A stretch of DNA of 60,991 nucleotides, the filler included, from Sanchytrium tribonematis (lineage: Eukaryota): assembly GCA_018985235.1 (NCBI GenBank). It is 11 parts of 11 records of this genome, joined end to end, with 100 filler letters (N's around TTAATTAATTAA, not from the genome) between each part and the next. Parts side by side here need not be neighbours in the genome. Positions count along the whole stretch, not along the records: positions 27,910 to 33,355 come from JADGIG010000605.1; positions 33,456 to 38,897 come from JADGIG010000606.1; positions 38,998 to 44,430 come from JADGIG010000607.1; 8 more parts are not named here. One strand, given 5' to 3'. Within the stretch, counting starts at the first letter, position 1; each line of letters begins with the position of its first letter. The notes below the pieces were generated by a model. It saw only the letters and a list, made by a program, of their open reading frames with translations. It did not search any database and was not told where the DNA came from. A program made the position numbers and the translations under genes. Shown piece by piece: positions 31,749 through 42,392 of the stretch.

Positions 31749-32750
31749 TTATTTTTCAATTATTTTGCTATCATAAATTAATCCGGTGTCGATGTTTAAT
31801 TGAGACTTCCACTCTTCTAGCTGTTTGTCGTCTAAAATGCTCTCTAATTTTTCATTTTCCCATTTATCGTATTCAATTTTGTGCTCCCATCTTTCTACCG
31901 GATCTTCGTTCTCCGTTTGAATGTAGTTCTGACCTTCAAAGAGAAAATCAACTCCTGATATTCTTAGGATTTGTAGCACAATGTACTGAATTGAGATTGG
32001 TGATTTTATGGAATATGGTATATAATTCAACAAGCCGTAATTTTCTATCACATTGCATATTTCGTTGGTCAAATTTTCAAAATCTTTAAAAAATTTTATC
32101 TTAGGCGTGCATGAATTATGTAATAGAGATAGATCTTGCGGAAAAAGATATTCCCTTAATTTTCCTGGAAGCCTTTCGGACTCCAGCATATCCATTTTAC
32201 TCAGTACATTTAGAGCAGGACAACCAATGTGCAGCATCGAACTCAAAGAAGACAAACACATCGCAATGTAATGGTGAAAATCCGGTAGATAAGTACTATC
32301 ACTTACTGACACAACAACTAACCTTAATAGCTTTTCCAATTTTTGGAATAATTTGTTGGTAGAGCTGTCATGCATGTATAATTCTATTTGACCTGGAAAA
32401 TCGAATATGACAAAAATGACAGATTCGCTCGATTCTTTTGTATGAAATGTTTCAATTTTTGATTCAATACTGCTGCTTAGCCATTGGAAATTTTCACAAA
32501 TTGAATCCATACACTTCAATATTGCTCCATTTGGACCGAGATTGTCAATCCTTTCCGACATAATAAATTCTCGAATATTTATTGCACAATTTTCACTTTC
32601 ATATGGATTACCTGGATCCATATTGATTAAGAAATGAGGAATATTTGTATGCTCAAAGTAAACATTTAGCGCTTCACACAAGCTGGATTTTCCGGATCCA
32701 GGTTGCCCAATGCAAGCAATACCAACAACATGCAATTTATTTTCCTTCAT
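31749..32750 (-). CDS. GPN-loop GTPase (GPN2/GPN3-like)
   Basis: GQPGSGKS, NMDPG, LGPNG, DFPGQIELY, NVLSKMD. Confidence 0.92.
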   Translation of the reverse strand: MKENKLHVVGIACIGQPGSGKSSLCEALNVYFEHTNIPHFLINMDPGNPYESENCAINIREFIMSERIDNLGPNGAILKCMDSICENFQWLSSSIESKIETFHTKESSESVIFVIFDFPGQIELYMHDSSTNKLFQKLEKLLRLVVVSVSDSTYLPDFHHYIAMCLSSLSSMLHIGCPALNVLSKMDMLESERLPGKLREYLFPQDLSLLHNSCTPKIKFFKDFENLTNEICNVIENYGLLNYIPYSIKSPISIQYIVLQILRISGVDFLFEGQNYIQTENEDPVERWEHKIEYDKWENEKLESILDDKQLEEWKSQLNIDTGLIYDSKIIEK

Positions 32751-32785
32751 TGTACCTGTTTCAGAAAACTCCTGTAATTTGAAAT

Positions 32786-33355
32786 TCAAATATATTGATT
32801 ACAACATACCATCATTCGTTTGTCTCCAGAAATGTGCTCAATTTCACCGAAAGATTTGAATCTTTTCCCAACGACAAGCACGTCCTTGATTCCGCATGCT
32901 TGAACCAGCTCAATGCTCTTTTGGATCTGTTTTGTGCCTTGTATGAGACCGATAGTGAAATCTTTGTCCATGTCAAAGGATTTTTTAATTATACTCAAGC
33001 AATCTGGTACGCCGTTTACCAAATCAATGATTACATAATCGAGAGGGCTAACTGAATTTGGAAAAAAACGAGAATTCAATCCTAGAACAGAAGCAAGTCT
33101 TGACACACCTATACCGTAGCACCCCATGATCATATCTTTACCCAACACTTTTGATGAAAAAATCTTGGTAAAATGGTCTCCCAACAAAAAGGTGTGAGCA
33201 ATCTCGATTGCATTAACTTTTTCAGCGCCTTTCGATACGAATTCCGATTCCCCAAGTTCATTGAAAATGAGATATTCATGACTCAATAGTCCTTTCATGT
33301 CGTCTGGATTAGCTTGAGAAATATGGTAATCAATTTCTAAAGAGCGAAAAATATT
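32786..33355 (-). CDS. Prolyl-tRNA synthetase, bacterial/mitochondrial type, 5' end cut by contig edge
   Basis: SHEY, IEIAHTFLLG, MGCYGIGVSRL and an anticodon-binding domain; almost no sequence where the INS editing domain would lie. Confidence 0.85.
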   Translation of the reverse strand, partial: NIFRSLEIDYHISQANPDDMKGLLSHEYLIFNELGESEFVSKGAEKVNAIEIAHTFLLGDHFTKIFSSKVLGKDMIMGCYGIGVSRLASVLGLNSRFFPNSVSPLDYVIIDLVNGVPDCLSIIKKSFDMDKDFTIGLIQGTKQIQKSIELVQACGIKDVLVVGKRFKSFGEIEHISGDKRMMVCCNQYI

Positions 33356-33455
33356 NNNNNNNNNNNNNNNNNNNNNNNNNNNNNNNNNNNNNNNNNNNNT
33401 TAATTAATTAANNNNNNNNNNNNNNNNNNNNNNNNNNNNNNNNNNNNNNNNNNNN

Positions 33456-35638
33456 AAATATTCCATATACCTGGAGTAGTAGAGGTCCGACAGCAGATGG
33501 TGATTATGGTGTAAATGTGTATGCACCAGGTTCCGCAATCACGTCTATCCCAAAATATAATTTATTTCCCTCTCAATTAATGAATGGGACCTCCATGAGC
33601 TCTCCTAATATGGCTGGTTGTACAGCATTGTTAAAATGTGCCTTTCCTAAATTAAATAGCTATAGATTGCTGAATTGTATTCAAGGCACCCCAGTGGAAC
33701 AAGATCCTCATTTGCAACCATTTATTCAGGTAGTTAAGACATACGAATATTTGCAGAAAACTGAATCAATTAATTTGGATATACTGTTTCAAATCAAAAC
33801 CTCAAAAGGCAGAGGCATTTATGTGCGAAACGTAAATGAACTTGAAAATTTTTCGGATACCATTAGCATTAGATGCATATTTTTAAATGAATATGATCCA
33901 GAGTTTTGTGAAGTTAATGAGAAGAAACTAAATTTTAATGTTAATTTGAAACTAGTCACTAATTGTAGTTTCTTGAATATACCAAAATATTTGCAGTTAA
34001 ATAACATGGGGCGTTCGTTTGGTATCACTATCAATAAGGATTTAGTCCCTACAGGATTAAATACTGGTGATATCTATGCATATGATGGAGACATCTTGCT
34101 GTTTAAGATTCCAGTAACTGTAATCAATCCAATTATTGGTCTTCCAGATATGACTTTGGAAAAATCTCTATTCCAAGGAGGCACTGTGAAAAGATGGTTT
34201 ATTCAAGTACCGGAGGCAAACTCTATGCATTTAAAATTTAGCTTCAATGAAGGTTTAAATAGTCGATACTATGTTCATTGCCAACAACTTGTGAAAGATT
34301 TCAGACATTCTAAATTTGAAGAGCTTTTTGTAATGGATTGTCAATTCAATACATTGAAGAAGATGAATGTTCTACCAAATACAATTATAGAAGTATTATA
34401 TTTTAATGTAGATTTGTGTCGCTCAATTTTGGAGCTCAATTGGATCGCATGAAATTCAATTGCAATTAGAGTTCCATGGTGTTTTTTCGGAACCAATATG
34501 CTCTACCAACCAAGATTTGAATTTGCTTTTAAGAGCACCGTTGAAGAACGAACATGTCACATTGAGCAGTAATTTGACTCACGAACGACTCATTCTTCAA
34601 CCCACCAAGACTTTAATTAATCCAATGAATGATAGAGATCTGGTGTATCAGGCAGACAATGAGCTTTTATTGACTTACAGTCAGAAATTCGATAAGGAAT
34701 CTACTATTATTGTCAAGACAGCTTTGGATAATTTTCTGTATGACAGTGATTTTACACTTTTGTTGCTATTTTTTAAAGACAAAAAGCTAATTCGAACTCA
34801 AGATGTTTACCCAAAATCCTTCAAATTCCAAGGAGAATTGACAATCAAAGTGCAAATTAGACACAATGATGTTTCCAAATTAAAAGAAGTTAATACGGCT
34901 CTAAACATTGATGTGGAAATTGAAAAACAGAAGATTGAATGGCATGAGGCTTTACAATCCAACAAATCTAAATTTTTAATTAAAAAAGGAAAGGATTTAC
35001 GTTTGTATCAGACCCTGTCATGGAATAAACAAGGTACATTTGTCGGTGTTGTAGAGGCAAATGATTTAAAAATTCCGATTCTTGTGCTCTTGAAATCTAA
35101 ACAAGAAGATAAAAAAGAGACTAAACAAGATACAAAATTGATGGGCTTGGTAGATCAATTGGTCAAGACAGACCATACCTTGAAAATTGATTCTTATTAC
35201 TATGATTCACAAATGATTTTAAATGACAAGGCTGACAAATTTACTAAAAAAGTTGATTTTAAAGAATTACTACTCTCTGTTAGTGGTGTTGACAATGAGT
35301 ATTCAATTTACCAAAATGTGATTGTGAAAGCTTATTGTAAGATGCTTCTGAAAGATCTTAATCAAGAAAAATTTGAGCAAATTTGTCAATTGCAAAAGAA
35401 AAAAGATTGGGTACCGGAAAATGAGAAAGATTTATTGCAATTGATAAAAATGCTGGTTGACAAGCAGCTTTATGGAACTGCAATTAAACATATCGTAGCT
35501 TTTAACAAACAGAAATTGAGTGCTGAATTGTATGCCGAATGGATAAAAATTCTTCAACTTTTAAAATGGGATGAATGGGCAAAGCGTGTGGAACAATTAC
35601 TTGTGCTAGATTGCACTATTGACGCATGCTTATTTTAA
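33456..35638 (+). CDS. TPP2: Tripeptidyl-peptidase II, 5' end cut by contig edge; intron at 34393-34411
   Basis: YTWSSRGPTADG, QLMNGTSMSSPN (catalytic Ser), GRGIYVR; spliced junction gives IIE|ICVAQFWSSIG...LEFHG. Confidence 0.93.
34393..34411 (+). other. 19-nt spliceosomal intron (predicted)
   Basis: GTATTATATTTTAATGTAG; removal restores the conserved TPP2 E.C.AQFWSS.G segment and joins two track ORFs. Confidence 0.9.
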
Positions 35639-36604
35639 ATAAATCGTGCTTAGCATATACCGCGCCAAGTATCTGACCACAGTCACATTTACCGAATTTC
35701 CGATTAATTTTAATTTTTGAGATTCAGTTAATTCACAATCTATTTTATAGGTCTTAGGGAATCCAAATAGAATTAGCAGCTCTTTATGGCTCATAAATCT
35801 GGGCTTTATGCTAATAACATCAGTGGCAGAAAATTCTCTTTGAGATTTACAAAGAAAGGTGCAAATATCTGAATCTGTTAGTAAAGAGCCACAACCTATC
35901 AAATTTTTGGAGCCATATGATTTTGTTATTGTGGAAGAGTGATTGCAGCTTAAAGAAACGACGTCATATTTATAAGTTGGAAACTTTGCAATTCTTTCTG
36001 ATGGCACCAGATTGCCTTTTTGATTAACGCCTTCCAAATATTTCCGCAGAGATACTGGTACTACCACCACATCCTCGAAGGGACAAGTGACAAGCTCGAT
36101 TTTTCGAGGATTGTTGTCTTTCCAGGCCAAACAATAAAACCGTTTTCTATAATTAGGAACTCCGATTTGGTGGGGACTCAGTATTGTTGGCTGAATAGAA
36201 TACACTTTTTCAATAAGTATCTGCTCTAGCAATGCGTACGTTTTAGAATCGAAAAACGGTGCTACATTTTCAAGAAATATGAACGATGGTAACCTTTCGA
36301 TTTCCATATCATTTATCAACTTCATTACATGCAGTAATGGCTTGGTTCTTTCATCTTCATTATCCAATCCCTTTCCGCCTTGTGTAAAAGGTTGGCAATT
36401 TGGTGATAATAAAATAATGTCAAAATTTTCAATATCTGCTAATTTTAGGCAAGATATACTCCTATTGCGAGGCTTCTCTTTGAAGTTTGATTTGTACACG
36501 ATGTTGGCATTTTCATTCATATCATAAGATATACATTCGGAGATATATTCTGAAAATCCTTCTCTCAATCCCCCGATTCCAGAAAATAACTCACAACACT
36601 TCAT
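35630..36604 (-). CDS. DNMT2/TRDMT1-family cytosine-5 methyltransferase
   Basis: ELFSGIGG, SPNCQPFT, LENV, LSPHQIGVPNYRKRFY, LIGNSVNV; first matching ATG at 36604. Confidence 0.88.
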   Translation of the reverse strand: MKCCELFSGIGGLREGFSEYISECISYDMNENANIVYKSNFKEKPRNRSISCLKLADIENFDIILLSPNCQPFTQGGKGLDNEDERTKPLLHVMKLINDMEIERLPSFIFLENVAPFFDSKTYALLEQILIEKVYSIQPTILSPHQIGVPNYRKRFYCLAWKDNNPRKIELVTCPFEDVVVVPVSLRKYLEGVNQKGNLVPSERIAKFPTYKYDVVSLSCNHSSTITKSYGSKNLIGCGSLLTDSDICTFLCKSQREFSATDVISIKPRFMSHKELLILFGFPKTYKIDCELTESQKLKLIGNSVNVTVVRYLARYMLSTIYLK

Positions 36605-36642
36605 TCTAACTTGTTTCCACGGAGTTAATACAAACTGGAAAG

Positions 36643-37524
36643 ATGATTGCGCTACTAGGTACTCCATCAAGTGGTATTACCACAATCAAAAGGCTTTTGA
36701 TTGAGTTATATAATTTAAAGATAGTAGATGGGCATGAATTTGAAAATTCGGCCCAATTATTAGAATTTTTGACCCCGCAATGGGATCAGCCATTTTGCAT
36801 AATCAATATTGAAATGCACTGGAAAGCTGTGCAAAAAAGGCCATTTATATGCTTTTGTTTTGTAGACGCTCCGGTGATGACAAGGCTAGAGCGGTTTAGA
36901 TCAAAATTTGGCCATGATCAAGGCTTCCATACAGAAGGAATTCAGCCTGGTAGTCAAATTTATTACGAAATAATCCAAATTTCGCATTTGAAAATAGTGA
37001 ATAACTTTGAATCAATTGATAAGCTAAAAATATATTTAAAGGAGCTTAATCCTGTTCAAGATTCTCTAATTAGACCAGACTGGGACACTTATTTTATTCG
37101 TTTAGCAAGGTTGGGCTCGAAACGTTCGAATTGTATGAAAAGGCAAGTTGGTTGTGTCATTGTGCATAACAATAGAATAGTTTCAACTGGTTATAATGGA
37201 ACTCCTCAAGGAATCAAAAATTGTAGAGACGGTTCTTGTCCTAGATGTAATGGCGGGGCTCCTGCTGGTGTAAATCTAGATACTTGTCTTTGTATCCATG
37301 CTGAAGACAATGCAATTATTGAAGCTGGACGTGTCAGAATTCAACACCCAACCAAATTGTATTGCACACTATTTCCTTGTGTTTCTTGTTCTAAAAAGAT
37401 CGTACAAGTCGGAATATCTGAAGTAATATATGATCATGATTATAACGAGGATTTAAAATCTGTTTGTATGAGCCTCTTTAACGAGGCAAACATTCTTGTT
37501 AGAAAGCATTGTCCAATAAATTGA
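36643..37524 (+). CDS. DCD1: dCMP deaminase
   Basis: RPDWDTYF, RSNCMKRQVG, GYNG, CIHAEDNA, PCVSC; fungal-type N-terminal P-loop-like extension. Confidence 0.93.
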   Translation: MIALLGTPSSGITTIKRLLIELYNLKIVDGHEFENSAQLLEFLTPQWDQPFCIINIEMHWKAVQKRPFICFCFVDAPVMTRLERFRSKFGHDQGFHTEGIQPGSQIYYEIIQISHLKIVNNFESIDKLKIYLKELNPVQDSLIRPDWDTYFIRLARLGSKRSNCMKRQVGCVIVHNNRIVSTGYNGTPQGIKNCRDGSCPRCNGGAPAGVNLDTCLCIHAEDNAIIEAGRVRIQHPTKLYCTLFPCVSCSKKIVQVGISEVIYDHDYNEDLKSVCMSLFNEANILVRKHCPIN

Positions 37525-37537
37525 ATATTTATTAATG

Positions 37538-37846
37538 TTAATATATAAAAGATTTCATTTTATGTACAGACTGCCTAAATTCAAAAGTTAGGCTGGGTCT
37601 TCTTGGTATTTTTAGCAAGCTTCGTTGTACATATGGAATGGCCCTGTAGGACAATTGACCCAAATCTATTGAAGGATTTCTCTGCCTAAAAAGGCTTGGC
37701 TTCTTTTGGAGTTTCTGTCGTTTAAGTTTTAAAACTACTGCTGCTGCTATTAATAAAAAAATCAAAATCAAACCAACAAAATTTAAAATAGAATTAGTTG
37801 GTGAATCATTTAAGGGTAAGGCATAGATAGACATAGTTAATATCAT
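37538..37846 (-). CDS. Small single-pass membrane protein
   Basis: One TM helix followed by a basic tail. Confidence 0.55.
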   Translation of the reverse strand: MILTMSIYALPLNDSPTNSILNFVGLILIFLLIAAAVVLKLKRQKLQKKPSLFRQRNPSIDLGQLSYRAIPYVQRSLLKIPRRPSLTFEFRQSVHKMKSFIY

Positions 37847-38082
37847 TTGATCAACGCAATATGAGTAAGTAGCCTATAAAGTGAATACATTTTCGCCTAT
37901 TGTTCTAAAATCACACCTGGCTGAAAATTTGCCCGTTTTCGAACGAATAAAATCTTGTCTTCGCACCTCAAAAGAAAATCTAAAAACGATGTTTTCAGGG
38001 CTCAAAAATCGAAAGCAGTCTTTGACTTAGAGCATTCGGTTGTCTTGAGAGACAATTTGTATAGGATCAATAGTTCCCCTTT

Positions 38083-38835
38083 ATGACAAATCAGAAATTC
38101 ACAATCGGCGCTGTAGGTACCAATTTGGTAAAATCTGAGTTTGAGTGCGTTGTTAGTTTTACTGGTGATGGAACTTTAAATCTTAACGTAGAAGATTTAG
38201 AATATTCAAATATAATAGACCTATTCAACTCAACAAATGAATATGTAAGACAACATAAATCAATTTTATACAAATGTCAAGCCGGGATGTCTAGATCTTG
38301 TGCATTTCTAGTAGCTTATTTTATTGGAGAAAAAATATATAACTTGTGCGAGGCTTTGAAAGAATGTAAAAGAATACGTCCAGAAATGTCGATAAATAAG
38401 GGCTTCATATACCAGCTGCAACTTTATGAAAAAATGGGTGGAGTAATAGACATATGGAATCCAGAATATAGAAAATTTAAAGCTTGGTCGAACTTAAAAA
38501 TGAGAGAAACTGGCACGGATTTTGAAAATGATTTTAATGAAGATCCTGAGGTTTTGGACGTTTTACCTCCACTTCCTTTGATAAGATGCAAAAATTGCAG
38601 ACGCAAATTAGCAATGTATTTTTCAGAAAACGATCACCAAAATTGTGACGGTACTATTTCTATTGAACCTCTAAAATGGATGGACATTGCCCAAAAATTA
38701 CAAGGCAAACTCAATTGTCCTAGATGCAAGTCTAAAGTGGGCTCATTTATATGGCAAGGAAGAAGATGTTCTTGTGGTGTATATGTTGCACCTCATTTGA
38801 CTCTTTCATCTAAAAAAATTGACTTGATCAAATGA
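38083..38835 (+). CDS. YVH1: Dual-specificity phosphatase YVH1/DUSP12
   Basis: CQAGMSRS, NKGFIYQLQLY, C-terminal zinc domain CKNCRR...EPLKWM...GKLNCPRC...GSFIWQGRRCSCG. Confidence 0.9.
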   Translation: MTNQKFTIGAVGTNLVKSEFECVVSFTGDGTLNLNVEDLEYSNIIDLFNSTNEYVRQHKSILYKCQAGMSRSCAFLVAYFIGEKIYNLCEALKECKRIRPEMSINKGFIYQLQLYEKMGGVIDIWNPEYRKFKAWSNLKMRETGTDFENDFNEDPEVLDVLPPLPLIRCKNCRRKLAMYFSENDHQNCDGTISIEPLKWMDIAQKLQGKLNCPRCKSKVGSFIWQGRRCSCGVYVAPHLTLSSKKIDLIK

Positions 38836-38897
38836 TATTAACTATGTCTATCTATGCCTTACCCTTAAATGATTCACCAACTAATTCTATTTTAAAT
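38824..38897 (+). repeat. 74-nt perfect inverted copy of 37781-37854 at contig end
   Basis: Exact reverse complement, beginning at the palindrome TTGATCAA. Confidence 0.95.
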
Positions 38898-39122
38898 NNN
38901 NNNNNNNNNNNNNNNNNNNNNNNNNNNNNNNNNNNNNNNNNTTAATTAATTAANNNNNNNNNNNNNNNNNNNNNNNNNNNNNNNNNNNNNNNNNNNNACA
39001 TGTGCCTGGGTGTATTTATAGCAAGTAATTTGTATTCCAATTATTGTTTAAATAAAGATTTTTCATTCTTAGGCGGTCAAAATTTTGCTTTGTGATGGGT
39101 TGTTTAATTTGAAACAATTTCA

Positions 39123-40280
39123 ATGGACGAAAAATTATCTTTTAAATACCACTTACTTACATTTACAGCATTAATATTTACGGTGTCAATTTACTCGTTT
39201 TTAATGATTCCAGAAACCTTCTTGCCGCCAAACCTTACTCAAATTTCTCAATTTGAAAAACTCAATTCGAAAATGATATCGAAAGAAACTTCTTTTCAAA
39301 AACCCAAAATAGTCGCCGGCCCCGAACCAGCACCTGCTCTTGCCGAATCAGAGGATGATGTAATATGGGGGCCTAGAAAATTGAAAGGCAAATGTGATCC
39401 TGTATTGTGTCGAGCATTAGCTGGAAATTGCGACCCTGAGGAAGGCTGCGTTTCGGATAGTGGATGGGCTTTAAAGACTGATCAATTTAATGTGCCTCGA
39501 CCACTTTCGAAATATTCTTGGGAAAATGACAATATAACAAGCCGTGCTCTGGAGAAATTACCAGCCAATTCAATTCCATTTATTTTTCACAGAACCTGGA
39601 AAAACACCAAGATACCCAAAGATTATAATCCTTTTTTGAAAGACTGTCTCGATACACATCCAACCTGGAAAAACGTGCTTTGGACAGACAAGGATAATTA
39701 TGAATTAGTTAGAAGAGAATTTCCACAATATTTATACATATATCAAAGGTTTCAAAGGAACATTGAACGTGCGGATTTTATTAGGTATCTTTACATGTAT
39801 CATTATGGAGGACTCTATGTCGATTTGGATGTAGATTGCTTAAAGAATTCAGAGGAATTAATCAAAGACAAAATCATCGTTTTGGGAGCAATGGGTGAAG
39901 ATTTTCCTCACAACGTGCCTAATGCTATTATGTATTCTCGTAAGAAGCATCCATTTTGGCTTTTTGTCGTAAATTTAATCACAACTAAAATGCATCATAA
40001 TATGGGTGTTGAATCCACTACAGGCCCTGTAATTCTAAAAGATGCGTATGAGCTTTTTAGAAAAATCGAGGGTATCGGTGATGATATATATGTAACCAAG
40101 CCTGGATTATTGTATGGAGTTGATTGGAGAAAGCGACCAACAGATTATCCGGAATGCGGAAGTCGATCGCCCACTAGTTTAGAAGTCGATAATTGCAGAG
40201 CTCACTTTCCAGATGTTTATCTGATTACTTATTGGTATCATAGCTGGGAAGATAAATTTACCGTTAGTCATCCAGAATAA
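39123..40280 (+). CDS. GT32 mannosyltransferase (Sur1/Csg1-like MIPC synthase type)
   Basis: Signal anchor, IPFIFHRTWK, LWTD, IERADFIRY, GGLYVDLDV, HPFW, TGP, YWYHSW. Confidence 0.9.
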   Translation: MDEKLSFKYHLLTFTALIFTVSIYSFLMIPETFLPPNLTQISQFEKLNSKMISKETSFQKPKIVAGPEPAPALAESEDDVIWGPRKLKGKCDPVLCRALAGNCDPEEGCVSDSGWALKTDQFNVPRPLSKYSWENDNITSRALEKLPANSIPFIFHRTWKNTKIPKDYNPFLKDCLDTHPTWKNVLWTDKDNYELVRREFPQYLYIYQRFQRNIERADFIRYLYMYHYGGLYVDLDVDCLKNSEELIKDKIIVLGAMGEDFPHNVPNAIMYSRKKHPFWLFVVNLITTKMHHNMGVESTTGPVILKDAYELFRKIEGIGDDIYVTKPGLLYGVDWRKRPTDYPECGSRSPTSLEVDNCRAHFPDVYLITYWYHSWEDKFTVSHPE

Positions 40281-40301
40281 ATATTTTTCAAAACAAAAAA
40301 C

Positions 40302-40805
40302 ATGTCTGATTATTTCAAGAAATTTAAACGGTATGAAATTTTATTGGAATACAAATTACTTGCTATAAATACACCCAGGCACATGTACATTTATCCAAAA
40401 GATGATTATCATTGGAGTGGAATGCTTTATATTCATGCAGGAGTGTACAAAAATGCTGTGATTCAATTTACAATTGTCTTTGAAAATTTTCCAGAGCAGG
40501 GACCTCAAATTTATGTTCATAATTCTACTCACCACCCGCTGGTAGATAGGTCAGGATTATTTGACGCATCATACCAATTTGCTACCTGGAAATCAGATAA
40601 AGACCATGTCTTTCATTTACTCCACTTCTTCAACAATACTTTTCGAGAAGATGTTTTGTTAATGATTAGTTCGAAGCACGTCGATCAAGCCAAAATCTAT
40701 GAAAGTCTAAGGAGACAACAAATTGGAATATTTGGGAATGCTTCTGTCGATGAAATTGACGAGGACACCTACCAAAAGATGAGACAAATTATGTTCGACT
40801 CATAA
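40302..40805 (+). CDS. AKTIP/Fts-like catalytically inactive E2 (UEV)
   Basis: YEILLEY, WSGMLYIHAGVYKNA.IQF, HPLVD..G.FD with no active-site Cys, HVFHLLHF. Confidence 0.8.
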   Translation: MSDYFKKFKRYEILLEYKLLAINTPRHMYIYPKDDYHWSGMLYIHAGVYKNAVIQFTIVFENFPEQGPQIYVHNSTHHPLVDRSGLFDASYQFATWKSDKDHVFHLLHFFNNTFREDVLLMISSKHVDQAKIYESLRRQQIGIFGNASVDEIDEDTYQKMRQIMFDS

Positions 40806-41216
40806 AGTGTGAAAAATATCTACAAGCAATTTTTATTTGATTTCAAATTAAGCTCAAATTAAATAAACGTCAACAATTGTTTAACTTTCCAGACTGAAAT
40901 CAACTTTCACAGTATTAATACAACAAATTTGACTCGAATTGCCAATATACAATTACATTAATAATAGCCAATTGTATAATTATTGAGAGTTTGTGTCACC
41001 TAAGATCTATTAAAGATAATGAATCCCCAAATACAACATGAATTTCGAGGCTTTGGTATCAAGAGTTATGCCAGATGATTTCTTTTGCGGGTATGATCAA
41101 GATAAAGCATTGATCAAATTAGAATAAATAATGAAACAAAACTCCATTTTTGCCTTCCCCATTAGATTTCACGTGTTTTTAAATTGTGTTTTGATTGATC
41201 CAAATGATGAAATACA

Positions 41217-41411
41217 ATGGATCAAATCAAACTAGCCAGAGTTGAAAAGCTTCTTGGTAGAACTGGATCACGAGGTGGTGTTACTCAAGTTAGAGTTGAA
41301 TTTATGGATGAATCTCGTCGATCAATTATCCGTAATGTTATTGGACCTGTTCGTGAAGGTGATATCTTAACATTATTGGAGTCTGAACGTGAAGCAAGAC
41401 GTCTTAGATAA
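41217..41411 (+). CDS. RPS28: 40S ribosomal protein eS28
   Basis: [17 protein letters not shown]...[27 protein letters not shown]. Confidence 0.98.
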   Translation: MDQIKLARVEKLLGRTGSRGGVTQVRVEFMDESRRSIIRNVIGPVREGDILTLLESEREARRLR

Positions 41412-41446
41412 TTCACTAATAAAATTGTTTTATTAAATTATCAAAA

Positions 41447-42367
41447 TTAATGAAGAACTATGGAATTCAAGGCCGGAAAGGGGTTATTTGGATCAAAAGC
41501 TATGCAATCTTCTTTTAAATATATGTTGCTTCTAAGATATCCTTTTTCTATCAAGTTACTGAGCCATGTGAAATATTGTACATCAGTCAACTCTACTTTT
41601 AAAGAAAATTGAATCATTTTCTTGAAGACATCTATCTTCACCTGAGCATTCGAACTCAGCCCTAGGTATACTTGTTTTAGCAAAGTTCTGTAAACCACAA
41701 ACTCAATTTTTTCAAACGCATATAAAGTATCTTGTTCCATTAAAGATTGCTCATTTGATAATATAAACTTTTTAAAACCCACCAAATTCCCGGTCCTAAC
41801 GGCTTGGAGCAAATCTTTGTAAGTTGAGTCTTCAATAATTGATTCTTTAGGTAAAAAACCTTTCAAAATTTTAAGCGGTAGAAGTTTATAAAGGATTTTC
41901 TGACCCAGACTGTGCTTTATATTTACAAAATTGAAAGCTTTCGTTAAAGACGAATAAGCTTCTTCCAGGTGATCTTCAGATAAATAATATAATCCGCTAT
42001 AATAATAAAACATTAATCGGTCCTCAGACGGATAGCTATCTATAGGTGGTAATTCACGAGAGTCGAGTACCTTTAAAATATTCTTACAGAGTTGCCGGGT
42101 ATTGCTCAAAAAGTATGAACACATTTGCAAGTTTGCAATTAGATATACAGAATAAATTTTGCTCGATTTTGGTACGTATTGCCCATTGTAGTCCAACAAG
42201 CAAGTTGAAAATGCTTTCGAATATGCCCTCAGCGGAACTTCCATTGTACCATTTCGAATGCCTTGTCTTCCAATTTCCTTCAAATAGAGCCGAATCTTGC
42301 TGTTGAAGCTTTTATGAGTGGACTCGCCTTCAATAAAACGAATAGTGTCATCAAACAATTTGTTCAT
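41447..42367 (-). CDS. PCI-domain protein, PCID2/CSN12-like
   Basis: YF..NT.QLCKNI, FYYYSG...A...L..AF, L.QAVR.GN, NLI.KG.....Y, C-terminal NPFP. Confidence 0.8.
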   Translation of the reverse strand: MNKLFDDTIRFIEGESTHKSFNSKIRLYLKEIGRQGIRNGTMEVPLRAYSKAFSTCLLDYNGQYVPKSSKIYSVYLIANLQMCSYFLSNTRQLCKNILKVLDSRELPPIDSYPSEDRLMFYYYSGLYYLSEDHLEEAYSSLTKAFNFVNIKHSLGQKILYKLLPLKILKGFLPKESIIEDSTYKDLLQAVRTGNLVGFKKFILSNEQSLMEQDTLYAFEKIEFVVYRTLLKQVYLGLSSNAQVKIDVFKKMIQFSLKVELTDVQYFTWLSNLIEKGYLRSNIYLKEDCIAFDPNNPFPALNSIVLH

Positions 42368-42392
42368 TACAAAAGGAGAATATCAAAATTTA

